Below, in pieces: positions 19,080 to 30,389 of a stretch of 30,389 nt of DNA. The DNA comes from Prorocentrum cordatum. Taxonomy: Eukaryota. Where the stretch lies: positions 1,488,001 to 1,518,389 of the forward strand of contig CAUYUJ010000003.1 of the NCBI GenBank assembly GCA_963575745.1. Reading direction: 5' to 3'. The stretch's first letter is position 1; each line of letters opens with the position of its first letter. Position numbers and translations under genes: made by a program. Below the pieces are notes generated by a model. That model worked only from the letters and a program-made list of their open reading frames with translations. It was not told where the DNA came from and did no database searches.

Positions 19080-21314
19080 ACGCCCCACAGGCTCTCCAAG
19101 ACGCCCCAAACCCATGCTCCCAGAAGGCCTTCTGGGAACCCGATTCATACGGCCTCCGCCCCCTACACAACAATTTTCCTCGAAGGCCTTTCGGAATGCA
19201 GATTGGTATGCGTGGACTGTGGTCCACTACTTCAGTGGAGCAGTGAATTCGTCAAGGCCTGGGGCCTGCTAGAACCTGAGCGCGCGCGAAGAGCGCGCGC
19301 GATGGTTCTAGTTGGAACATAGGGGGAATAGTTTTTGTTTGTGTGTATTTGTTTGTGTGCCCCAGTTCCCCTTCATACGTGTCCTTTCGAGTGCTTTCTT
19401 CCATCAGCCCCGACCATGCACTTTGAGCCCCCGCCGCGCCCCGCGCACCGCTGCCGAGTCGGCCGCCGCCGCACCTCCGGGGCGGGGACGTGTCCATACC
19501 CACCGCCTCGGGGCCCGGTCTTCGTGGGCCTTGGCAGGCGACGACTCTGGAAAAATCATCGGGCCCCCTGGAGGGGGAAGGCACATCTATATACACCTTA
19601 GGCGATGGTTAAGAAAACCCAAGTTTTCGGCCAGAGTCTCGATTATTCTTAATGTTTCCATGTACATCCTAAGATTTCGATGGAAGTTCTGGGCTTCTAC
19701 TCAAGTTCTGAGACTATGAATTTCTGAACCCATGATTTCTTAAGCATTTCGCAGGGTGTATACACCGTTTGCCGAGTTTCTCGAAGATTGATCCTGGCGA
19801 GTGGGTAGGCGCCAGAACCATAGTTCAACAACAAGAGAAGTTCAGCAGAAGCACGAGGGCAAACATCACGCAGAGGTGAGTATGCCACGAGGAAGACTTG
19901 GGCACGCGAGTAAGCTTACAGTGCAATGCCACTGCTCGCATTTCAGATGTTGTGCATGTGTTGTACGGTTAGTGTGCTTGCTCTGCACTTGTTTTGAACT
20001 GGTGTTCAGCCCTTTGCGTTTCTTGTACGCTTAGTGCATTCATCTTGTACTCGTTCGTCCGGTGAACTTTTCCTGTTTTTTCCGCATCCGGATTTTTACG
20101 TTGATGTTCGTGCCCGTCTGGGCTTGTACACTGAGTTTTCTGCTGGCTCGAACTCGTGGAATCCCACCTTTGGATAGATAGACTACGTAATCCATAATCG
20201 GATGGACTCGTACTTCCTGAAGCGCGACTCTTTGATCGTATCGAAGATTTGCAGGAATTTTTGCAGTCTCCCAGACACGGCAACTTACAAGGCACGTCCT
20301 TGTATTGCTTTGCGCATTGGAAGCGCTCGTCCATGCCAAAGACCCCTACCGGCCAGAATACGGCTAGTTCTGGTCGCTTTTTTGGGCGTCTAGTTGGCCA
20401 GTGAACAGGAGTGGAGCGACGTCCCATCTTTTATACCGCTGCATCACTACGAAATTGATTTACCCAAGAATTGAAACGCCAAGTAAAATTTTACTTGATT
20501 TTTTGTAATTGCGCGGGTCATAGGGGGGTAGGCTGAGTGGACGGGTGCAGGGGCATTCCAATGTTCGACCCGTGCGACACTGCGATAATGATACACACGC
20601 CCAGCATGCGTAGCCAGTTCGGGGTCGGCTTCTGTTTTGCGTTGTCGGCCCTCGCCGCGCTCCCAGCTACAGGCCGCATGCATCGCCACCACTGGTGCGC
20701 GGGTCGTGGAGCAGGACAAGAACTGTGAAAGGCGACTCAAGGGTGGACGAATCCTACCCACCCGCAATGTCACGGAATCTGCGCCGCAGGTTCTGAATTG
20801 CAAGTGGCGGGACCCGCCCGCAGACAACATGAAACGCGACCGCGACGGACGCGGTCGCCCACCGTGCAATCAAAGGTGGTGCCACCAGGAAATTTGGCCC
20901 ACTAACGCGGTTAAGGCGCCCCAAGCCATAAGACGTCAAGCCATCATCCTTTCCCGGCATCCTTGGCTGCTGCTTCGGCCGTCCAAGGGTACCCTTGGCG
21001 GCACATTCATCCTTGCCGTTTGGGGTTGAAGCCCGTTGCACGGCGGCGTCGCAGGGATGGGGGAGGCAAGGGTACCCTTGGGGATCCTTCCGTATCCTTG
21101 CCCATGTTCTCGTTTGGGCGGGCGCATCCCCGCGCGTTTCTTGCCGCGTAATGGCGTTGCACGGCCCCTTGGGCATCCTTGCAGATTTTTGGGTTGTCGC
21201 CTTCTCCCCGATCTTGTGTCAGTTTTGACCCGGCAACGGTATATCTTCATGTTCCCCACGCCCCCTTCTTTGCCTCCCCCCTCCTCCCCCGCGGGGGCTT
21301 GTCGCCCGCTGCTC

Positions 21315-21700
21315 TTCTGAGGCGCCCTTGGCCCATGATGGCGTCCAGATTCAAAAATGTACCATTGGTTTTCCTCGAGCGGTTTCCGTGGTGACACGCG
21401 TCACCTGCTTTTCTTCTGAAGATTCCCAGGCTCATGTTGGCGCCGAGAATCAAACGATTACGTTTGGTTTTCTCCAAGCGGTTTCCGCGGTGACACGTAT
21501 CGCCCGTTGCTTTTCTGAGGCTTCTTTGGATCATGGCGGCGTCCAGAATCAAAAATGCACCGTTGGCTTTCCTCTAGCGGTTTCCTCGGTGACACGTGTC
21601 ACGAGTTGCCTTTCTGAGGTTTCCTTGGTTCATGTTGGCGCCCAGTCAAAAATGCACAGTTGGTTTACTCCATGGGGCTTCCGCCGTGGCACGTGCCATC
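21315..21700. repeat. Degenerate 99-bp tandem repeat, ~4 copies
   Basis: TTCTGA at 21315, 21414, 21513 and 21612; shared GCGGTTTCC..GGTGACACG motif. Confidence 0.85.
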
Positions 21701-22929
21701 CAGACGGTCACATCCAGTTCGTCATTTGATGTCGTGGTTGCCTGTCATACCTTTTCTCCCGTGACACTTTTCCACGCTAGTCGGCGGCGCGCGGTTAACA
21801 ACTTTTCAGGAAGTAACCTTTGTCGATTTTCCTGTTCCCTGCTCCTCCCCTTCCGCCAGCGAGCAGCTCACCAGGAGAGATCTTATAACAAATTGTGTGC
21901 GCATGCTTTCCACGCCGCGCTACCCCAGCCCGTGTCGTACTCAACGGGATCCTGCCCTCCATCTTCGCTGGAGGCACTAGGTTCTATTACATCCAATGTT
22001 ATTTAGACACTACGCTGGCTTCGTTTTATGCATATTTAGAGCGTTGAAAATCTACTCTGCACCAACGTGCCTTACCGCGCCCTTTCCAACCCCTACTCCT
22101 ACACATGCTGTGATCAAGGTCAACCGCATCTCTGCAACTATCCTGCGCCGTACGATTCGTAGCATTAGCGTGGTCCGCAAACCTGCCCCGCAGCTCATCC
22201 CACCCCACCCTGGCATATTCAAACGCCAGCCAGACGCTATCCACAAGTAGCGGTGGTGCAAAGGGCGGCAAGACCGAGTTCGACGCGGGCGTCTCTTCAG
22301 GGTTCGACGCGTAGATTTCGTAACACACGCGGCCGCCATGGCGGCGTCCACGACGCAAATGTCACCGCGGTAGCACAGCGCAACTCAACGCCCAATCCGC
22401 ATGCGCAGACCACGTGCACATTTCTTGCCCAATATATCCAATGCCCGCTCCCCCCATCAGGCTTTGCTCTACACGGGCTCCTGCAACTAATCACAACTCT
22501 TGTGTACCAGTGCAATATACCTCCTTACCTTGTCCAACGCACAGCCAGCGCTGCTCTTCTTCGTTTGCCGCGACTGTTAAGGCGTCGTTGCTATTTTGAT
22601 GTGGATCGCCATATGCTTTAATGCATTCATCCTACGCGAACTTTACGGCGCGCCTGCATCGCGCAGTTTTAGCCCCCCCGCCGCTCTCCCTCCCGCCCCT
22701 ACCGCCACCCCTCATCCCACCCGACCCCACTCCATCGCGACCCCGCTCTGTTCGCGCCCTTCCCCCCCACCCACCCCCCCCCGCGTCCGCGCGCAGCGCC
22801 CGTGCACAGCAGCGCCCGCCCGCGGCATCCGTGCGCGAATGTCCATGCGCCACGTCGGTGTGCCACGCGCGCGCGACGCCTACGCACAAGTCCCGTGCGC
22901 CGCATCCGCGCCACAACGCTGCGCCCTTC

Positions 22930-23880
22930 CCATGGTTCATGGCCACTTATGGAATTGCACCCAAGGCCCCAGTAGAGACGCTTACATGCGTCCGCGCCGC
23001 GCATCATGCCGCACCCTCGCACGGACCGTGGCCCCATAGGGGGCTCCATCTGAGCCCCCTGTGGCGACGTGGACATGCGTCCGCGCCACCGATTACGGCG
23101 CGCCCCATCGCGCGGTTCGCGGCCCCACATGGTGCTCCACTTAAAGCACCCGTGGCGACGGTCGCACGCTCCTGGGCCACCCATCGCGGCGCGCCCTCGC
23201 GCGGTTCGTGGCCCCAGAAGGATCTCAACGAAAGGCTGCCCAACCATTGCGACGCTCTCCATCACGCGGCCCGTCGCCTCAGAAAGAGTTCCACCCAAGG
23301 CCCCAGTGGCGAAGTTCGCACGCGCGCGCGCAACCCATTGCGGCGCACCCCTCGCACGGTCCGTGGCTGCATGGGGGTTTTGACTTGAGGCGGCGTCGCA
23401 CAAGCGTCCGTGCCGCCCATTACGGCACGCCCCATCACGCGGCCCGTGGCCACATGAGGAGCTCCACATAAAGTCCAAATGGCGACCTTTGCTCGCGCCA
23501 TTCGCGGGCCCATATGGAGCTCCAAGCGACGTGTACTGCGTTTGGCCGCCTATGACGGCACGTGCACGTGCGGTTGCGCCGCCCATGGCGCTTGCGCCGC
23601 CCATGGCCCGCCCACCCACCCAGAGACCCCCGCCCAGCTCCACCCCCGCCACCACCAACCCACCACGACCACCGCCACCCCCACGCACGCCCCCCCCCCA
23701 CCACACTCACCACCACCGCCACCACCAACCGTCAACCACCACCACACAAACACGACACACACACACACACACGACCGGCACCACAGACACACACACACCA
23801 CGCACCAAACACATCACGGCGCATCTATCGCACGGTTCGTGGCCCCATAGGGAGCCCCACCGAACGCCCCAGTGACACGC
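22930..23880. repeat. Degenerate ~60-90 bp repeat (CGCACGGTTCGTGGCCCCATAGGGAGCTCCAC-like), ~9 copies, interrupted by a CA-rich tract
   Basis: Motif variants at ~22932, 23018, 23109, 23198, 23263, 23353, 23436, 23495 and 23829. Confidence 0.75.
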
Positions 23881-24577
23881 GCATTTGCGTGTCCACAATC
23901 GCGGTCCCATCATTGCACACGATTGAGCTCATGCCCAAGGTACAGTCGGAGTCCATTAGTAGGTCGGGCCTGCCAAATCAAGGGTACTCTGTGTCCTGTG
24001 CATCGCGCTTCGTGTCCTCTGCATTCCCCGGGCAAGGGTGCCCTTGTGTCCTGTGCTTTCCGCGGGTGTCGGCGGCTTGGCCCGCGGCGTTCTGGGCGCG
24101 TCGCGCCTCGGGGAGGTCGCGGCCCTGGTCAAGGGTACCCTTGTGTCCTCTCAGATTTGGGGGTTCGGTTCGCTTCGATGTAAGATTGCGGTTTCAGCGC
24201 CGCGCCGCCGGCGCCGCGGCGAAGGGTATACTCTGCGATGTCCTCTGAGTGCGGCCGCACCGCCAGTGAACCAACGACGCGTTCACTCGAGGTCGCCCCC
24301 GCGCAGCAGGGTTCTCCTGTGTCCTGTACTTGCCCAGCCCTGCAAGTTCATTCATCGTCGCGTTCGGGCAGGTCGCGGGGCGCGCAAAGGATACCCTGCC
24401 GTCCTGTGCATTGGCTTCTCTTCGGCGGGCTCCTGGGAACAGCAGCGGAGGCGCGCTGTTGGCGGAGTCACGCGGGCGCTCAGCCTAAGTCTCATAGAGC
24501 GCTCTGTATTGTTCCGAATAGAGAAGACGCCGTGTTGGCTTGCAAGCTAGAGCGCGCGGACGCGCGCTGGCGCGCGC

Positions 24578-27500
24578 GTGAGGAGTTCTGGATGGTCCAC
24601 AACAGAAAAGCTACCATGTAATTCCAAAAACTGAATTTGAAATTTCTGTGGCCCTTTAAGGAGGCCGACGGACGCACCGACTTTCCATTGTAGACAATAC
24701 AGAAGTCACCACGCGCGCGCGCGTGAGGAGTTCTGTATTGTCCACAATAGAAAAGCCGCCATGTAAGTCCAAAAGCTGAATTTGAAATTTCTGTTGCCCT
24801 TTAAGGAGGCCGACGGAAATGTAGACTTTTCTATTGTGAACAATACAGAAGTCCCCACGCGCGCGCGTGCGCGCGTGAGGAGTTCTGTATTGTCCACAAT
24901 AGAAAAGCCGCCATGTAATTTCAAAAACTGAATTTGAAATTTCTGTGGCCCTTTAAAGAGGCCGACGGGAATGCCGAATTTTCTATTGTGGACAATACAG
25001 AAGTCCCCACACGCGCGGGCGCGCGTGAGGAGTTCTGTCTTCTGCACAATAGAGAAGCCGCCCTGAAATTCCAAAAGCTGAATTTGGAATTTCCGTTGCC
25101 TTGTAAGGAGGCCGACGGAAATGCCAACTTTTCTATTGTGAACAATACAGAAGTCCCGATGCGCGCGCGTCCGCGCGCGCGCGCGCGTGAGGAGTTCTGT
25201 ATTGTCCACATTAGAAAAGCCGCCATGTAATTCCAAAAACTGAATTTGAAATATCTGTGGCCCTTTAAGCAGGCCGGCGGAAATGTCGACTTTTCTATTG
25301 TGAACAGTACCGAAGTCCCCACGCGCGCGCGTGAGGAGTTCTGTATTGTCCACAATAGGGAAGCCGCCATGTAATTCCAAAAGCTGATTTTGAAATTTTT
25401 GTGGCCAGTTAAGGAGGCCGACGGAAATGTCGATTGTTCTGTTGTGAACAATACAGAAGTCCGCACGCGCGCGCGCGTGAGGAGTTCTGTGTTGTCCACA
25501 ACAGAAAAGCCGCCATGTAATTCCAAAAACTGATTTTGAAATTTCTGTGGCCCGTTAAGGAGGCCGACGGAAATGTCGACTTTTCTAGTGTGGACAATAC
25601 AGAAGTCCCCACGCGCGCGCGTGCGCGGACGCGCGCCAGTCCGCGCGCGCGCGCGCGAGGAGTTGTGTATTGTCCACAATAGAGAAGTCGCCATGTAATT
25701 CCAAAAACTGAATTTGAAATTTCTGTGGCCCTGAAGGTCGCCGACGGAAATGTCGACTTGTCTATTGTGGACACTACAGAAGTCCCCGCGCGCGCGGGCG
25801 CGCGCGGACGCGCGCGCGTCGCGCGCGCGCGCGTGAGGAGTTCTGTATTGTCCACAATAGAAAAGCCACTTTGTAATTCCAAAAACTGAATTTGAAATTT
25901 CTGTGGCCCTTTAAGGAGGCCGGCGGAAAAGCTGACTTTTCTATTGTGGACAATACAGAAATGCCCACACGCGCGCGTGAGGAGTGCTGTATTGTGCACA
26001 ATAGAAAAGCCGCCACTTAATTCCAAAAACTGAATTTGAAATTTCTGTGGCCCTTTAAGAAGGCCGACGGAAATGTCGACTCTTTTATTGTGAACAATAC
26101 AGACGTCCCCACGCGCGCGCGCGCGCGCGCCAGCGCGCGCGTCAGCGCGCGCGCGCGCGTGAGGAGTTCTGTATTGTCCAGAATAAAAAAGTTGCCATGT
26201 AACTCCAAAAACTGAACTTGAAATTTCTGTGGCCCTTTAAAGAGGCCGACGGAAATGTCTACTTTTCTATTGTGAACCAATACAGAAGTCCCCACGCGCG
26301 CGCGCGCGTCCGCGCGCGCGTCCGCGCGCGAGGATTTCTGTATTGTCCACAATAAAAAAGCCGCCATGTAATTCCAAAAACTGAATTTGAAATTTCTGTG
26401 GCCATTTAAGGAGGTCAACGGAAATGTCGACTTTTGTGTTGTGAACCATACAGAAGTCCCCGCGCGCGCGCGTCCGCGCGCGCGCGTGAGGAGTTCTTTA
26501 TTGTCCACAATAGAAAAGCCGCCATGTAATTCCAAAAACTGAATTTGAAATTTCTGTGGCCCGTTAAGGAGGCCGGCGGAAATGTCGACTTTTCTATTGT
26601 GAATAGATAGTACAGAAGTCCCCACGCGCGCCCGCGCGTTCGCGTACGCGCGCGCGTCCGCGCGCGCGCGCGCGCGTGAGGAGTTCTGTATTGTCCACAA
26701 TAGAAAAGCCGCAATGTAATTCCAAAAACTGAATTTGAAATTTCTGTGGCCCTTTAAGGCGGCCGACGGAAATCTCGACTTTTCGATTGTGAATCATACA
26801 GAAGTCCCCGCGCGCGCGCGCGTGAGGAGTTCTGTATTGTCCACAATAGAGAAGCCGCCATGTAATTCCAAAAACTGGGTTGGAAATTTCTGTGGCCCTT
26901 AAGGGGGCCGACGAAAATATAGACTTTTCCATTGTGGGCAATACAAAAGGCCCCACGCGCGCGCGCGCGTGAGGAGTTCTGTATTGTCCACAATAGAAAA
27001 GCCGCCATGTAATCCAAAAGCTGAATTTGAAATTTCTGTGGCCCTTTAAGGAGGCCGGCGGAAATGTCGACTTTTCTAGTGTGGACAATACAGAAGTCCC
27101 CACGCGCGCGCGCGTGAGGAGTTCTGTATTGTCAACAATAGAAAAGCCGCCATGTAATTCCAAAAACTCAATTTGAAATTTCTGTGGCCCGTTAAGGAGG
27201 CCGACGGACATGTCTACTATTTTATTGTGGACGATACAGAAGTCCCCACGCGCGCGCGCGCGAGAAGTTCTGTATTGTCCACAATAGAAAAGCCGCCATG
27301 TAATTCCAAAAACTGAATTTGAAATTTTTGTGGCCCTTTGAGGAGGCCGACGGAAATGTCGACTTGTCTATTGTGGACAATACAGAAGTCCCCCGCGCGC
27401 GGGCGCGCGCGGACGCGCGCGCGCGCAGTGAGGGAGTTTTGTATGTCCAAATAGAAAGTGGCCATGTAAATTCCAAAAACGGCATGCGAAATTTCTGTGG

Positions 27501-28514
27501 GCCCTTTAAGGAGGCCGCATGGAAATTTGCCGACTTGTCTATTGGGACAATTACAGAAGTCGCCACGCGCGCCCGCGCGCGCGCGCGCGCGCGCGTGAGG
27601 AGTTCCTTCTTGTGCACGATAGAGAAGCCGCCATTTAATTTTAAAAACCGAATTTGAAATTTCTGTTGCCCCTTAAGGAGGCAGACGAAAACGTCCACTT
27701 CTCTATTGCGAACCATACAGAGTCCCCACGCGCGCGCGTCAGCGCGCGCGCGCGCGTGAGGAGTTCTGTATTGTCCACAATGGAAAAGCCGCCATGTAAT
27801 TCCAAAAACTGAGTTTGAAATTTCTGTGGGCCCTTTAAGGAGGCCGACGGAAACGCAGACTTTTTTATTGTGGGCAATACAGAAATCCCCGCGCGCGCGC
27901 GCGTCCGCGCGCGCGCGCGTGAGGAGTTCTGTATTGTCCCAAATACAAAAAACCTTCATGTAATTCCAAAAGCTGAATTTGAAATTTAAGGAGGCCGACG
28001 GGCATGTCGACTTTTTCTATTGTGAACCATACATAAGTCGCCGCGCGCGCGGACGCGCGCGCATCCGTTCGCGCGCGCGCGTGAGGAGTTCTGTATTGTC
28101 CACAATAGAAAAGCCGCCCTGTAATTCCAAAAACTGAATTTGAAATTTCTGTGGGTCTTGAAAGGGGCCGACGGAAATGCCGACTTTTCTATTGTGAATA
28201 ATACAGAAGTCCCCACGCGCGCGCGCGTGAGTTCTGTATTGTCCACAATAGAGAAGCCGCCATGTAATTCCAAAAACTGAATTTGAAATTTCTGTGGCCC
28301 TTGAAGGAGGCCGACGGAAATGTCGACTTGTCTATTGTGAACAATACAAAGTCCCCACGCGCGCGGGCGCGCGCGCGCGTGAGGAGTTCTGTATTGTCCA
28401 CAATAGAGAAGCCGCCATGTAATTCCCAAAACTGAATTTGAAATTTCTGTGGGCCTTTAAAGAGGCCGACGGAAATGTCGACTTTTCTATCGTGAACAAT
28501 ACAGAAGTCCCCAC
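24578..28514. repeat. Tandem array of 25 palindromic ~136-bp units separated by variable (CG)n-rich linkers
   Basis: Unit GTGAGGAGTTCTGTATTGTCCACAATAGAAAAG...CTTTTCTATTGTG(G/A)ACAATACAGAAGTCCCCAC; 25 unit starts counted by eye from 24578 to 28379. Confidence 0.95.
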
Positions 28515-28957
28515 GCGCGTCCTCTCGTTTGCGCCGTCCGCGTCCGCGCCCAGGTTCTCTGGTCTTCTGCCATGGCGACAGGTCGCTCTCCCGCGAGAGG
28601 GTGGTCTGCGCGTCCTCTCGTTTGCGCCGTCCGCGTCCGCGCCCATGTTCTCTGGTCTCCTGCCATGGAGACAGGTCGCTCTCCCGCGGAAGGGTGGTCT
28701 GGGCGTCCTCTCGTTTGCGCCGTCCGCGTCCGCGCCCATGTCCTCTGGTCTTCTGCCCTGGCGACAGGTCGCTCTCCCGCGGGAGGGTGGTCTGCGCGTC
28801 CTCTCGTTTGCGCCGTCCGCGTCCGCGCCCATGTTCTCTGGTCTTCTGCCATGGCGACAGGTCGCTCTCCCGCGAGAGGGTGGTCTGCGCGTCCTCTCGT
28901 TTGCGCCGTCCGCGTCCGCGCCCATGTTCTCTGGCCTTCTGCCATGGCGACAGGTCG
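28515..28957. repeat. 93-bp tandem repeat, ~4.8 copies
   Basis: CCTCTCGTTTG at 28521, 28614, 28707, 28800 and 28893. Confidence 0.95.
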
Positions 28958-30286
28958 CGTGACCGCCCCCAGAGGGAGGTGGGCGCGCGCGGCGCATCAT
29001 GATTTACTTTTCTGCGCGGTGGGCGGCGCGGCCTGTCGGACACCCCTGGTGTCCTGTCCGACGTTGGCCCCCCGTCGCGGGGGCGCGGGTCGGCCTCGGG
29101 TGACCGCGGTCGCGGCCCCGAGAGGGTACCCTTGTGTCCTGTGGTTCTGGGGGGTCATGTTGCCGCCGGAAGAGTATTGTGTCCTGCCGCGTGTCCTGGG
29201 CAATGGACTCTGCCTGTGCGTCAAACTCCAGCCCCGCGCCTTTCCTCTTCCCCTCCCCCTCTCCCGCCCCCCCCCCCCTCCGCCCCTCCCCCAGCCCGTC
29301 CCCCGCCCGTCTAATATGGGCGGGCAGGAGGAGAATTGAGTACGGCAGAGCAAGGCAGAGTCGGGGGCAAAGGATGGGGAGTCATAGGTCACGAGATAGC
29401 GCGCCGTGCCAACGTGGGATGATCTGTGGGCGCATGCAGTATGAGGTGCAGGTATCTGAGTTCTACTCGCCCACGTTTTGCGATCCCACGGGTGCCCTCG
29501 AGCACGCGCCTCTGCCATCCTGGCCGTGCGCGTGCGATCTCCAGTGTTGGGCCACCCTCTGGGAGGGCAGCCCTTGGCCTCTTCGCGCACGCCCTGGCCC
29601 ATGTTGGGGCATCGCGCGCGCGCCCGCAGAACGGGGCGCCCCGTGTGCCCAGGCATTCCGCGGCCGCGCCGCCTGGCACTTGCGGCGGTATCCTACTCGT
29701 GGCGGGGGAAAAAGAGGGGGGAGGCTCTGTCCGTCGGGGCCGCTGGTGGCGTTCAGCGTTAAGCGGCACTCGGCCACCGGCAACGAGGGGCGCCGTGTCC
29801 GAATGCGTTTCTGGCGCATTTGCCCATGTCTTCGAGGGGTGGGGGGGGCGGGGGGGTTAGGTCGCCCGCGTGCCGACAGGTGGCGTCCACCCGAGAATGC
29901 GACAGTGGAGCGCTCGGTGACACAGGGCAGCGCATCGCGGCTGCGCGAGCGTTGCGCTGCGGCTGGGGCGCTGGGCCCGCCCGCCAAAGTTTCGAAGGGG
30001 CGGCGGCGTTCCTCAATCGAAGATGCGAGCGAGCAAGGTGCGTCGCGGCGGAGAGAATCGCAGGGGCGTCGTCATGAGCGTTCTGTCCACCTACGTCGCC
30101 CGAGCACCTCGGGCCGCGCGCCTGGCGCGTGCATCCCGCCAGCGGTTGGCGAGCGGGGAGGGGAGAGGGGGGGGGGTGGGGCTGGTCGGGCGCCCGCACC
30201 GCATGCGCCGCCGCAGCCATCAGCGCCGCCAGATGACGACGAAGCGCGCCGCAGCGCATGGCGCGCCTCGACGCCGCGCGACCGCG

Positions 30287-30389
30287 CGCGACGGCGCACG
30301 ACGGCGCACGACGGTGCACGACGGCGTACGACGGAACGAATTCAAGCAAATTTTTGCTTAAATTTGCTTGAATTTTGCTTTAATTTTGC
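30287..30389. repeat. (GACGGCGCAC)n 10-bp repeat, then the start of an AT-rich AATTTTGCTT-type repeat with a palindrome
   Basis: Read directly; TTCAAGCAAATTT..AAATTTGCTTGAA inverted repeat. Confidence 0.8.

Larger units (their letters stand above)
17926..19311 (+). mobile_element. Non-autonomous Helitron/HINE-like element
   Basis: A|TC start after (TA)n; subterminal IR CAGGCCCCGGGCC (17950-17962) / GGCCTGGGGCCTG (19256-19268); 3' hairpin CTAGAACC..GCGCGCGC-GAAGA-GCGCGCGC..GGTTCTAG ending CTAG|T; internal tandem repeats and (GAC)n. Confidence 0.55.
17789..19376. mobile_element. Second copy of the 163-bp element (TSD ACGT), split by a nested insertion
   Basis: 17789-~17882 matches 1683-~1775 and ~19312-19376 matches ~1780-1845. 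ACGT occurs at 17785-17788 and 19377-19380. Confidence 0.8.

Noticed and set aside
19600..22620. Short ORFs in the unique-looking moderate-GC region
   Set aside because: No codon bias, recognisable motif or clear splice pattern; cannot be supported without homology or RNA data.
23980..24410. CRISPR-like short repeats with unique spacers
   Set aside because: Repeats are degenerate and spacing is irregular (54-97 bp).
24578..28514. CRISPR-like array (constant repeat plus variable spacer)
   Set aside because: Repeats are ~136 bp, spacers are only (CG)n variants, there are no cas genes, and the context is eukaryotic.
24492..29043. Repeat-protein ORFs in the two terminal arrays
   Set aside because: Linker length changes shift frames constantly; the 93-bp repeat is open in many frames simply because it lacks stops.

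Overview
Eukaryotic, GC-rich and repeat-dominated DNA. Its style (GA-type intron donor, MITE-like intron, RNase H LINE, many 10-11 bp satellites) suggests a dinoflagellate nuclear genome, possibly Prorocentrum-like; this assignment is inference. Only two credible coding regions are present. The first is the 3' end of a non-LTR retroelement ORF (RNase H plus Cys/His motifs, 2-1324). The second is the last two exons of a single-pass membrane protein gene (2167-3933), separated by a short intron with terminal inverted repeats (Introner-like). The remaining ~26 kb is a mosaic of microsatellites, short-period satellites and nested non-autonomous elements. These include a 163-bp element with 4-bp TSDs (two copies), a Helitron/HINE-like element, a TIR element sitting in (GTT)n, and a 25-copy array of palindromic ~136-bp units joined by variable (CG)n linkers. 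Most ORFs in the supplied track are artefacts of repeats. I found no convincing rRNA, tRNA, CRISPR array or spliced-leader sequence.
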